Source: Candidatus Latescibacterota bacterium
GTDB taxonomy: Bacteria > Latescibacterota > UBA2968
DNA: 64,000 nucleotides
Assembly: GCA_965207885.1 (NCBI GenBank)
Contig: OZ242311.1
Location: 1,568,001 to 1,632,000 of the forward strand
Direction: 5' to 3'
The notes beneath the pieces are model-generated. The model did no database searches, was not told where the DNA came from, and was given only the letters and a program-made list of their open reading frames with translations. The stretch's first letter is position 1; every line of letters starts with the position of its first letter. Both the position numbers and the translations under genes were made by a program. Of the stretch, positions 49,607 to 58,383 are shown in pieces.

Positions 49607-51244
49607 TTAAAAAGCAACGGCGTATCCATCTCGCCTGGGATCTGAACCGCCCATCAGGGTCCCGGTCTGGGGATTGATCTGAATGGCCTGTGCATTTCCC
49701 GGCCCACCCCAATTTGAGAGGTAGCGAAGGTCGTGGCCTTTCCGAGCCAGAGCTTCGCACTCGATTGTAGGAAAACGGCTTTCGAGTTGAAGCACATCTT
49801 CGCAGGTATGGGGAACCGTGGATTCCATGGGATTTTGCAAAGAACGCCAGCGGGGGGCTTCAACAGCCTCTTGAGGCGTCATGCCAAATACCAGAATATG
49901 TGTCACCAATTGCAAATTCGTCTGCACCTGTGTATCTGCGCCCGGGGTGCCGCATATCAGAACGGGTTTACCGTCTTTCGCGACAATAACGGGATTCATA
50001 GTGTGGCGAACTCGCTTGCCGGGCATCAGACAATTGGGATGATCTTTTTCCAGATGCCAGTAAGTCATGCGATTGTTGAGAAGAATACCCGTATCCCCCG
50101 CAATAAGACTTGCCCCCCAGCCAGATTGAATACTCTGCAATTGACAAACCGCGTTGCCCTCGCCGTCAGCTACGCAGAAACATGTAGTATCCTCAACCGA
50201 TTCCGGGATACCGGGCGGGACGTGGATAGCAGCGCGTTCGAGATCTATGCACGAAGCGCGTTCTTTTGCATAATCTTTCGAGAGAAGTCCTTCAATCGGC
50301 ACATCGATCCAATCTGGATCGGCCATGTATTTTTCTCTGTCTGCAAAAGCGAGTTTTTTGGCTTCGACCATAAGGTGGATACTCTCGGCAGTATTGCAAC
50401 CCAGCGCCTGAAGATCAAAATTTTCGACAATATTGAGTTCTTGAAGTAAAATATGCCCACTCGAATTGGGCGGCGCTTCATATACGGTATAACCTTTGTA
50501 GGTCACGGCAATGGGATCGCCAATGCGGGCGCAATGGTTTTTCAAATCGGCTTCGGTAAACAAACCACCTCGCGATTGACTAAATGCAACAAGTGCCCGG
50601 GCTATTTCACCCGTGCGATAGGCGTCGCGGCCCTCTGCGGCGATTTTTCGCAAGGTCTTACCCAGGTCCTTCTGATAAACTATATCTCCGGGACTGAGAG
50701 GCTGACCATCATTTGTGAAAACCGCCCGCGTATATGGATCGGATGCAAAGCGTTTTGTTTCTCCCCGCAAGCTATCCGCCAATTTGTGACTGAGCGGAAA
50801 ACCGTCTTCGCAAAAGGCGATTGCCGGCGCAAAAATATCTTCGAGCGGGCGCGTGCCAAAGTGCTCGTGAGCAACGAGCCAGCCATCGACCAGGCCGGGG
50901 ATGGAAACGCTCAGAATACCTTTCATTGGAATACCACCGCGTTGGAGATAAAATTCTCGGGTCGCGCCCGTTGGGGCTGCGCCAGTGGCATTGATGGCAG
51001 ATACGGTACCCGTCTTAGCCGAGTAAATTAAAATAAAACCATCCCCCCCTGCGCCTGAAGATTGCGGTTCAACCACACCGAGCGCAGCGGCTGTAGCAAT
51101 GGCGGCATCAATGGCATTGCCTCCGGCCTTCATAATCTGAATACCTGCTTGAGAAGCGAGATGGTGTCCCGACGTAACCACGCCATTCCTACCCATAATG
51201 GACGGCCTGAAGGCGGGATAGGCAATTGCATGAGGAGAAGACAT
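49607..51244 (-). CDS. ggt: Gamma-glutamyltransferase
   Basis: GGNAIDAA, SGAGGDGF, PPNSSG, DTT nucleophile, LNNR, GTPGAD-Q, GSDPRRDG. Confidence 0.93.
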   Translation of the reverse strand: MSSPHAIAYPAFRPSIMGRNGVVTSGHHLASQAGIQIMKAGGNAIDAAIATAAALGVVEPQSSGAGGDGFILIYSAKTGTVSAINATGAAPTGATREFYLQRGGIPMKGILSVSIPGLVDGWLVAHEHFGTRPLEDIFAPAIAFCEDGFPLSHKLADSLRGETKRFASDPYTRAVFTNDGQPLSPGDIVYQKDLGKTLRKIAAEGRDAYRTGEIARALVAFSQSRGGLFTEADLKNHCARIGDPIAVTYKGYTVYEAPPNSSGHILLQELNIVENFDLQALGCNTAESIHLMVEAKKLAFADREKYMADPDWIDVPIEGLLSKDYAKERASCIDLERAAIHVPPGIPESVEDTTCFCVADGEGNAVCQLQSIQSGWGASLIAGDTGILLNNRMTYWHLEKDHPNCLMPGKRVRHTMNPVIVAKDGKPVLICGTPGADTQVQTNLQLVTHILVFGMTPQEAVEAPRWRSLQNPMESTVPHTCEDVLQLESRFPTIECEALARKGHDLRYLSNWGGPGNAQAIQINPQTGTLMGGSDPRRDGYAVAF

Positions 51245-51373
51245 AATGTACTCCTGAGGCGATTTTTTGATAAAAAGTGATAAAAGTGTTTTGTCAACGC
51301 CCGCGCCCGTATTCTCAGATACACCTTGACAAAATGCCATGAGGCCACTAATTTTCGGCTTTCTGTTTTCAGT

Positions 51374-51415
51374 ACTGATATTACACACGGGCGCATTAAA
51401 ATGCGTAATATCAGT
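51374..51415. promoter_or_regulatory. 11-bp inverted repeat with a 20-nt spacer in the ggt/regulator divergent region
   Basis: ACTGATATTAC…GTAATATCAGT; inner CGCATT-AA-AATGCG palindrome. Confidence 0.5.
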
Positions 51416-51443
51416 TCCTCCCTTATTCCCTATTTCGTCTCCA

Positions 51444-52115
51444 ATGGCAACTATTCTTCTTCTCGCAGACGAAGCCTACGGCGCGCGTCTCAAATCAGAC
51501 CTCGAATACATCGGGCATCAAGTTGAACACGTGATTTTGAGGGGGCGGAGCAATTTGCCACCCATACCCACCAACGGCATTGACTTGACCATCATTGACC
51601 CCGAGTCCTCCCTCGATCGCCTCGCACAGGCCATTGCGCACCTTCAACAACAGCGCCCTGCCAACGACAGTTCCCTACTCGTCATCACCGATGAAATGAC
51701 CGCACTCAACCTCGACTTTTCACTCGGCATTTCAGATTTTATCATCAAGCCCTATAGCCTGCGCGAGTTCGAAGCCCGCCTGCGCCTGGCTCTTTGGAAC
51801 GACGACCATCCCCCCGACGACCACACCTTAAAAATAGACGACCTCGTCATCAATATGGCGCGCTATGAAGTGCGCGTCAAGGGCAGTGTTGTCGAACTCA
51901 CACTAAAAGAATACGAACTACTCAAACATCTGGTCACCCACGAGACCCGCGTATTTACCCGATCAGACCTGCTCGACAGCATCTGGGGCTATGACTATTA
52001 CGGCGGCATGCGCACCGTTGATGTACACATTCGCCGCTTGCGCTCCAAACTCGGCGAATCGGGCAGAGCCATTACCACAGTACGCGGTGTCGGCTACAAA
52101 TTTGATCCTCCATAA
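51444..52115 (+). CDS. OmpR/PhoB-family response regulator (GlnR-like), no adjacent kinase
   Basis: DFIIKPY…EARLR; wHTH [9 protein letters not shown]…[23 protein letters not shown]…TVRGVGY. Confidence 0.88.
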   Translation: [223 protein letters not shown]

Positions 52116-52141
52116 TATTAAAATAGCTCCCGACACACCAC

Positions 52142-52177
52142 AAACCCCAGAAGCACGCTCCTGGGGTTTATTTTTTT
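52142..52177. terminator. Terminator between convergent genes
   Basis: AAACCCCAG…CTGGGGTTT followed by a T-run. Confidence 0.7.
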
Positions 52178-53094
52178 AGAATATCCTGTGCTCGCGCCTG
52201 TGCCCAGGCCCGCAATGGAACATCATCCCAATTTTTTGTCAGCCAGTATTGTGACGAAGGGTGAAAATCTGGTTCTGGTCCCAGCGGGTCTTTTCCCGAT
52301 GCCAGCGCGCCCAACAACTGACGACGAATTGGAGAACTCCGCTCAATAAGCTCCGCATCCTGCTCGATATAATCAGTCGGACGAAGCCACCGATAATTAT
52401 AGCCCACATGCATAATCTTCCGCGTTTTTCTCGACAAATTGGGACCCACGCAGTGCCACACCGCGGTTCGCCACAACACTGCGGAACCAGCCCGCAACTT
52501 AAGCTCAACCGCCTCTTCTGGATTGACCTCGCGCCCCATTTTCCGCAACTCTTCTGGCTTGCGCTTGTGACTGCCCGGCACCAACCACAGATTGCCACAA
52601 TTGGATTCGGTCATATCGTAAAGCACGTAAAAAATCTTGATCTCCATAAATGGGAGACGCCCATCGAGCGAAGGTCCCAGAAATAGCGTATCGCTCGCCA
52701 AATCGGGATGCCATGCAACATTGCGGTACCCAACCTCCTGATCTTCGCCCTTGCCAACGCCAACATCACCTGCTTTCAAACCCTCGGGATAAGGTGGTCG
52801 ATAGTCCAGATGCGTAGTTCGAATCTGAATATTCCAGCCAATCGCATCCACCACCAGAGGCAACATGCGCGGATGATCAATCAAATCGAGAAAAGCCTCG
52901 TGTTGCGACAGGGCATTGCGCACGGCAAAAGGATCATCAGGTCCCAGGCCCTCGGCCTCTTGAACCCGCTCTGCCACCTCATCAATAGCCAGCAAAAGCC
53001 CATCGACCTCGTCCCGAGTAAAGAAATCCTCAAGAATAACAAATCCCTTCTCATCAAAATCTCTCTCTTGCTGCTCTGTCATCGCAAGAGCCAT
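52168..53094 (-). CDS. Phytanoyl-CoA dioxygenase family protein
   Basis: F-EKGFVI, WHPD, GNLWLVPGSHK, AGSAVLW…WHC---N-S--TRK. Confidence 0.9.
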   Translation of the reverse strand: MALAMTEQQERDFDEKGFVILEDFFTRDEVDGLLLAIDEVAERVQEAEGLGPDDPFAVRNALSQHEAFLDLIDHPRMLPLVVDAIGWNIQIRTTHLDYRPPYPEGLKAGDVGVGKGEDQEVGYRNVAWHPDLASDTLFLGPSLDGRLPFMEIKIFYVLYDMTESNCGNLWLVPGSHKRKPEELRKMGREVNPEEAVELKLRAGSAVLWRTAVWHCVGPNLSRKTRKIMHVGYNYRWLRPTDYIEQDAELIERSSPIRRQLLGALASGKDPLGPEPDFHPSSQYWLTKNWDDVPLRAWAQARAQDILKK

Positions 53095-53141
53095 AAATCC
53101 CTCCTTTAACCCGTAGGTATTATCTATATCAGTTATTGAAG

Positions 53142-54185
53142 TTATTGATTTGGGTTCGCATTTCGTTCTATCAAATACTCACTTGAGGGTGATTTTATCA
53201 AAACTGCGCTATCTCGCCATTGCAAGTATAAATCAGGTGGGATATTTTGATGAAGACTCTCAATGGATTCTATAGGTGGTCTGATATATTTTTCTACAAA
53301 TATGGACAAAATTTCCCCCGATTTTTCATTTATATGCCTCCAAGCTCCATTCCCAATATATGAAGAGCCAGCCGCCTGTTCAAAAGCTGTTCTCAGTTCA
53401 TCAAGCCTTGAATATGGCGTGGGATCAAGCACTATGAGAATAGGTTTGAAACCCGCAACCTGACATTCAAAAGGAAACGAGAGTTCTTCGCCAAATCGGC
53501 CTTGTCCACTCGCAGCAATTGTTACTCTCATTTTGAATTCATAGGCGAGGTTTTCTCCAGCCACAAAGCAATCAACTTGCCTACCTCTTGATGTCTGGTT
53601 TCCATTACTATCAACTCGTTTTACAGGTGAATTTTGCGCACCAACAGGCGTACCTCCCAGACAACTTGCCAACACAGGTTCAAATAGATATCCAGTTTCT
53701 TGGGCAGAGCGATTATCTATATCATAGATCCATTTTCTCCAGGACATCCATCCCGACAAAAGTTCATCATCGCATCCACCATATTCCAATAAAGAACGTG
53801 GTCCTATTTGATCCATTTGTGGCAATGGTTGCGCTGAGAGAATGCGTTGATATTTTACACGTCTGCGATGTAATGCGCAGAGATTCTTTATATATAACCC
53901 AAAATCTTCATTGATTGCGCAGGCTCTCTCAAGAATATCTAAAAAGATTTTTGGAGTAACATGCGAAAGCAGAAGTTCATTGAACCATTTTATTGGAATC
54001 TTAAAATAGTCATCTTCAGGCTTTTCAATATCCTCAACTCCAATGGCATTGAAATCCCATCCTAAATCACGTAAGCCAATGCAAAATAATGCATATATTT
54101 CAGAATCTTCCAGAGTAACTTGAGCTTTGCCACTCCCGTGAACCTTACATTCTGAGAGTAAATTTTGAATTGTAATACTCGCCAT
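53142..54185 (-). CDS. Type II restriction endonuclease (PD-(D/E)XK)
   Basis: Directly downstream of a C5 methyltransferase; GYLFE…QVDC…AYEFK motif; AT-rich. Confidence 0.7.
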   Translation of the reverse strand: MASITIQNLLSECKVHGSGKAQVTLEDSEIYALFCIGLRDLGWDFNAIGVEDIEKPEDDYFKIPIKWFNELLLSHVTPKIFLDILERACAINEDFGLYIKNLCALHRRRVKYQRILSAQPLPQMDQIGPRSLLEYGGCDDELLSGWMSWRKWIYDIDNRSAQETGYLFEPVLASCLGGTPVGAQNSPVKRVDSNGNQTSRGRQVDCFVAGENLAYEFKMRVTIAASGQGRFGEELSFPFECQVAGFKPILIVLDPTPYSRLDELRTAFEQAAGSSYIGNGAWRHINEKSGEILSIFVEKYIRPPIESIESLHQNIPPDLYLQWRDSAVLIKSPSSEYLIERNANPNQ

Positions 54186-54190
54186 AATAA

Positions 54191-55474
54191 TTATCCAAAA
54201 AGACTGAGTTGAGGATTCTTTCTTTTATACAATCCCTGAAGCATATTATCTGTTTTTGTGAGAGCAGGACTCATAGCAGTTGCTTTTGTTAAAGTATGTG
54301 CAAATAATCTACCCGGTGAAGTGTGCCTCGTTTCTCCAAAACCATAATTAACCAGTAAATGCACTGCAAAAATCTCTGCTAATAAAGGGGGAATCGCATT
54401 CCCTATCTGCTTGATCCTCTCTGAAGTGTTTCCTTGAAATCTGAACCAATCCGGAAATGTTTGTATTCGAGCACATTCACGCAAAGTTAATGGACGATTG
54501 TCTTCGGGATGTATAAACTCTCTTATAGCGGCACCTGTGATAGTTAAACTCGGTTCATCAAAAACCAGTCGCTTAATCCCTGAAGGAGCACCTCCTCTTC
54601 TCTCCGTGGGCATTCCATCCATAACACGCCGATAGGCTCTTCGTTTAAATGATTTATGATGAAGTGATTCTGGCAGATCCTTCATCGATTGTCCCGGTTT
54701 TAAGTTTTTAATTCTCTCAAATTGGACACCCTCTATTTTGGGTGTATAGTGATCATGTAATTTTTTATTTCCATCACGCAGTTGTTCTTCCCACTCATGT
54801 TTGGACTTACCGCTGTAGCAGACAGGACTGCTCTTATCCTGTGTCGGATTGGGAAGTTCTCCAATCGTATGTCTAAGTGTAACATCGGCATTCTTAAAAA
54901 TGCGACCATGCACATGCAAAATTGGTTCTGGCAAATTAAATTCTATTCCCAGTCTATTTCCAATAACGAAAGTTCTCTTTCGTCTTTGTGGTATCCCGTA
55001 TTCCTGTGCATAAATTTTATCGATTCTTATCGAATATCCCAAATTGACAAAGGCTCTTGCTGCTTCATAGACGTATATACCATCTTTAGCTGTAAGCAGA
55101 CCCTCAACATTCTCCATAATAAACCATTTGGGACGTAAGATGGCTAAAGCGTTGACGTAATGCTTCAATAATCCATTTCTTGGATCGTCCCAAAACCGCA
55201 TACCCGCTGTGCTAAAGCCCTGACATGGAGGCCCACCAATAAGAATATCCAACTCACCCGTTTTTAACTTCAAATTTTTAAGAAGTTTTTCAAAATCATA
55301 AGACATAATATCCGCCATTTCACATTGGGTATCAGGGAAATTATGTCTGTAAGTTCCCACAGCATTTTCGTTTATATCTATTGCGTAGAGAATATTATAA
55401 CCAGCGCGTTTGAATCCCAAAGAGCAACCGCCTGCGCCTGCAAAGAGACTAATAGCTAAAGGCTTGGTATCCAT
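54191..55474 (-). CDS. DNA (cytosine-5) methyltransferase
   Basis: LFAGAGG, GGPPCQGFS, MENV, PQRRKR, LTLRECARIQTFP, QIGNAIPP. Confidence 0.95.
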   Translation of the reverse strand: MDTKPLAISLFAGAGGCSLGFKRAGYNILYAIDINENAVGTYRHNFPDTQCEMADIMSYDFEKLLKNLKLKTGELDILIGGPPCQGFSTAGMRFWDDPRNGLLKHYVNALAILRPKWFIMENVEGLLTAKDGIYVYEAARAFVNLGYSIRIDKIYAQEYGIPQRRKRTFVIGNRLGIEFNLPEPILHVHGRIFKNADVTLRHTIGELPNPTQDKSSPVCYSGKSKHEWEEQLRDGNKKLHDHYTPKIEGVQFERIKNLKPGQSMKDLPESLHHKSFKRRAYRRVMDGMPTERRGGAPSGIKRLVFDEPSLTITGAAIREFIHPEDNRPLTLRECARIQTFPDWFRFQGNTSERIKQIGNAIPPLLAEIFAVHLLVNYGFGETRHTSPGRLFAHTLTKATAMSPALTKTDNMLQGLYKRKNPQLSLFG

Positions 55475-55745
55475 TTTCTAATTCTCTGACTTAAAATTGA
55501 GAATAATACCGCAGAATATTTCAAGTCGAATATACTCATCACCTGTGAATAATTCAAGACACAACTGATTTAAAAAAACACCCAAGCTCTAAACCTCACA
55601 TAAATCCCAATGCCCATAAACCTGTTTATTTTTTAACATCGAGAATTATATTGTCACACTGGCGCGTACCTCGTATTTCTCCTCACCCCTTCGCGCCGGA
55701 TACACAGGACACGGGATTTGATCTCGTCCTCCAAGGGAGAATGCT

Positions 55746-56705
55746 ATGCCAGATACAATTGTGGGTCGCGTTTCCGATATCATTGGTGGAACGCCGATGA
55801 TTCGGTTAGAGAATTTGTCGCCAGCGGGGGGCGCTACCATTCTGGCCAAAATGGAATATCTCAATCCGGGTGGCAGCGTAAAAGACCGTATCGCGCTGAG
55901 TATGATCCGAGATGCAGAAAAAGCCGGAACACTCAACCCCGGCATGACCATTGTAGAGGCGACCAGTGGAAATACCGGAATCGGCCTGGCGATGTTATGT
56001 GCCAAACTCAAATATCGGCTGGTATTGACAATGCCTGAGACAATGAGTTTTGAACGGCGAGCACTGGTAACCAGATACGGAGCCGAAGTGGTCATAACAC
56101 CCGGTTCGGGCGACATGGACGGGGCAAAACAGCGGGCGCAGGAGATCGTAAAAAAGAATCCAAATTGTATCGAGTTAAAGCAGTTTGACAATCCAGCCAA
56201 TCCAGAAGCGCATCGACAGACCACGGGACCAGAAATTGTGAAAGCAACAGGAGGAAAGATAACGGCTTTTGTGTCAGGAGTAGGGACAGGTGGAACAATT
56301 ACGGGAGTGGGCGAGGTACTCAAGGCAGAAGTGCCAGATGCAAAAGTAGTGGCTGTTGAGCCTGCGGGTTCTGCTGTATTAAGTGGTAAAAGCCGGGGCC
56401 CTCACGCAATCGAGGGAATTGGAGCGGGATTTATTCCATCAATCTTAAATTGTAATATACTGGATGAAGTAATCACAATAGAGGACCGCGAAGCATTTGA
56501 CATGACGGAAACTCTGGCGCGAGAAGAGGCACTATTGGTCGGGATTTCCTCGGGGGCAAATGTACTGGCAGCCCGGCGTGTGGCCCAGAGACTTTCCAGC
56601 GATGATGTAGTCGTCACAGTGCTATGTGATACGGGAACGCGATATTTCAGTATTGAAGAATATTTTCGGCGCGACGAAGTGCAAAATGTGAATGCGCTTC
56701 TATAG
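55746..56705 (+). CDS. cysK: Cysteine synthase A
   Basis: IGGTP, NPGGSVKDR, EATSGNTG, QFDNPAN, GVGTGGT, GISSG. Confidence 0.95.
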   Translation: MPDTIVGRVSDIIGGTPMIRLENLSPAGGATILAKMEYLNPGGSVKDRIALSMIRDAEKAGTLNPGMTIVEATSGNTGIGLAMLCAKLKYRLVLTMPETMSFERRALVTRYGAEVVITPGSGDMDGAKQRAQEIVKKNPNCIELKQFDNPANPEAHRQTTGPEIVKATGGKITAFVSGVGTGGTITGVGEVLKAEVPDAKVVAVEPAGSAVLSGKSRGPHAIEGIGAGFIPSILNCNILDEVITIEDREAFDMTETLAREEALLVGISSGANVLAARRVAQRLSSDDVVVTVLCDTGTRYFSIEEYFRRDEVQNVNALL

Positions 56706-56717
56706 GGAATTGACAGT

Positions 56718-57857
56718 ATGAATCTGAGCGGGAAAGAGCGATCATTTGAAGCGCGATTTCGCAAAAAACTCTCTATCTGGCCCAAAGAAAGTCCCTGGCC
56801 CGGCATTGGGGTATGTGTGGTACTGTCGTGGGCAGCAATATATTTAAACATATTGCCTTTTCCGCCGTTTACACTGTCCTCGGGCCAACATCCCCTGAGC
56901 GCAGTATTACTGGCATTGTTATTAGGCATGCTGTTGTGCAATGTGATGCCGTCAACGGCAAAATTGAAGCCCGGCATAGATACAGTGGTGCAAAAGTGGC
57001 TACCCGTTGGAATTGTACTTCTAGGTGCGCGGTTGGATTTTTACGATTTGATTCGCGTCGCAGTACAGGTCCTGATTGGTGCGGCCGTATTAATTGCAAT
57101 AATCGTTATATTCACCCATCTGATATCGCGCTGGTTTAACATCGAAAAAAAAATGGGGCTATTGATTGGTGTGGGCACAGGGATTTGCGGAAGTTCTGCC
57201 ATTGTAGCCCTTGCGCCCCTGATCAAAGCCAACAACGAAGACATAACGTATTCGGTCGGAGTGATCAATCTGCTAGGCGTAGTGGCGATGCTGCTATTTC
57301 CCGTGGTTGGATCTTTGGCAATGCTGGATGCAGAAGTATATGGCATCTGGTGTGGATTGGGCATTCACGCAACACCACAGGTAATTGCCGCGGGATTCGC
57401 GCATGCAGGAGATGGGCAGACAGCAGGTGAAATGGCGACAATTGTCAAACTGGTGCGCATTTCACTTTTGGGACCTGTAGTATTTGTGCTGGGGGCGTGG
57501 TTTGCTTATACGCAGCGACAGACGATTTATATCGATGAACCTGTGCGTTATTCCAGGCTGGTCCCGGGTTTTGTCATATTGTTTCTGGCAATGGCGCTGC
57601 TGCGAACCCTGGGCTTTTTGCCGGAAGTAACACTACATTTATCCGAGCAATTTGTGTTTGGTGCAGGCGATCAGCATATAGATCTGGCTGACTTATTGAG
57701 CCAGAGCGGCAAGTGGATTATTATCTGCGCGATGGCCGGGGTGGGATTATCTACGGCGTTTGCTACAATGAAAGCAGGCGGTATAAAACCGGTGATATTG
57801 GGCGTCTTATCAGCTATCACTTTGGCATTGCTGGGGCTGGGTGTTGCACAGTTATAA
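56718..57857 (+). CDS. YeiH/UPF0324 putative sulfate exporter
   Basis: GIVLLG, LIGVGTGICGSSAI, G-H---QV-AA, VKLVRI. Confidence 0.88.
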   Translation: MNLSGKERSFEARFRKKLSIWPKESPWPGIGVCVVLSWAAIYLNILPFPPFTLSSGQHPLSAVLLALLLGMLLCNVMPSTAKLKPGIDTVVQKWLPVGIVLLGARLDFYDLIRVAVQVLIGAAVLIAIIVIFTHLISRWFNIEKKMGLLIGVGTGICGSSAIVALAPLIKANNEDITYSVGVINLLGVVAMLLFPVVGSLAMLDAEVYGIWCGLGIHATPQVIAAGFAHAGDGQTAGEMATIVKLVRISLLGPVVFVLGAWFAYTQRQTIYIDEPVRYSRLVPGFVILFLAMALLRTLGFLPEVTLHLSEQFVFGAGDQHIDLADLLSQSGKWIIICAMAGVGLSTAFATMKAGGIKPVILGVLSAITLALLGLGVAQL

Positions 57858-57861
57858 AAAT

Positions 57862-57891
57862 AAGCCCCGAATTTATCAAATCCGGGGCTTT
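57862..57891. terminator. Terminator between convergent yeiH-like and HMA genes
   Basis: AAGCCCCG…CGGGGCTT hairpin. Confidence 0.65.
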
Positions 57892-57909
57892 GATCCAACA
57901 ATCGGCAGA

Positions 57910-58266
57910 TTAATTCTCAGGAACTTGGCAGCAACTGGGCAACTTTGCATACGCATCGGCATCGGCCTTTTTGTCATTCGCCGCATAACCCACCTTGACA
58001 ACAGCCTGCTCCAGGGCGGGAACACTGGTCATCTTGTCATCAAAAGTCACCTTCGCTGTTTTCGCATCCAGATTGACTTCCACGCTCTGAACGCCATCGA
58101 CCTTTTTCAGGGCTTCCTCTATGGTATGCGAACACATAGCGCACTGCATCGTGGACAACTTCACCTCGACAGTTGTCGCCTCCGACTTTGACGAACAGCC
58201 GACCCATCCCGCCATGCCTATCGCTGTCGCGCCAATGACCAATAATACAAAAATACGAGACTTCAT
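57910..58266 (-). CDS. Heavy-metal-associated (HMA) domain lipoprotein (MerP/CopZ-like)
   Basis: Lipobox-like WVGC; MQCAMC motif; C-terminal LPSCC; AGGAGG SD. Confidence 0.9.
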   Translation of the reverse strand: MKSRIFVLLVIGATAIGMAGWVGCSSKSEATTVEVKLSTMQCAMCSHTIEEALKKVDGVQSVEVNLDAKTAKVTFDDKMTSVPALEQAVVKVGYAANDKKADADAYAKLPSCCQVPEN

Positions 58267-58307
58267 AACACACCTCCTGATAAATGAATAACTTTGGGGT
58301 TTACATC

Positions 58308-58332
58308 GGGTGGGTTAAAAACCCACCCCTAC
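58308..58332 (-). repeat. GTAG-type REP-like palindrome
   Basis: Minus strand GTAG-GGGTGGGTT-ttt-AACCCACCC. Confidence 0.6.
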
Positions 58333-58383
58333 GTCTTGCCTTTCATCTGCGTCTATCTGCGTTCATGCTCGAATTACTCGCCT

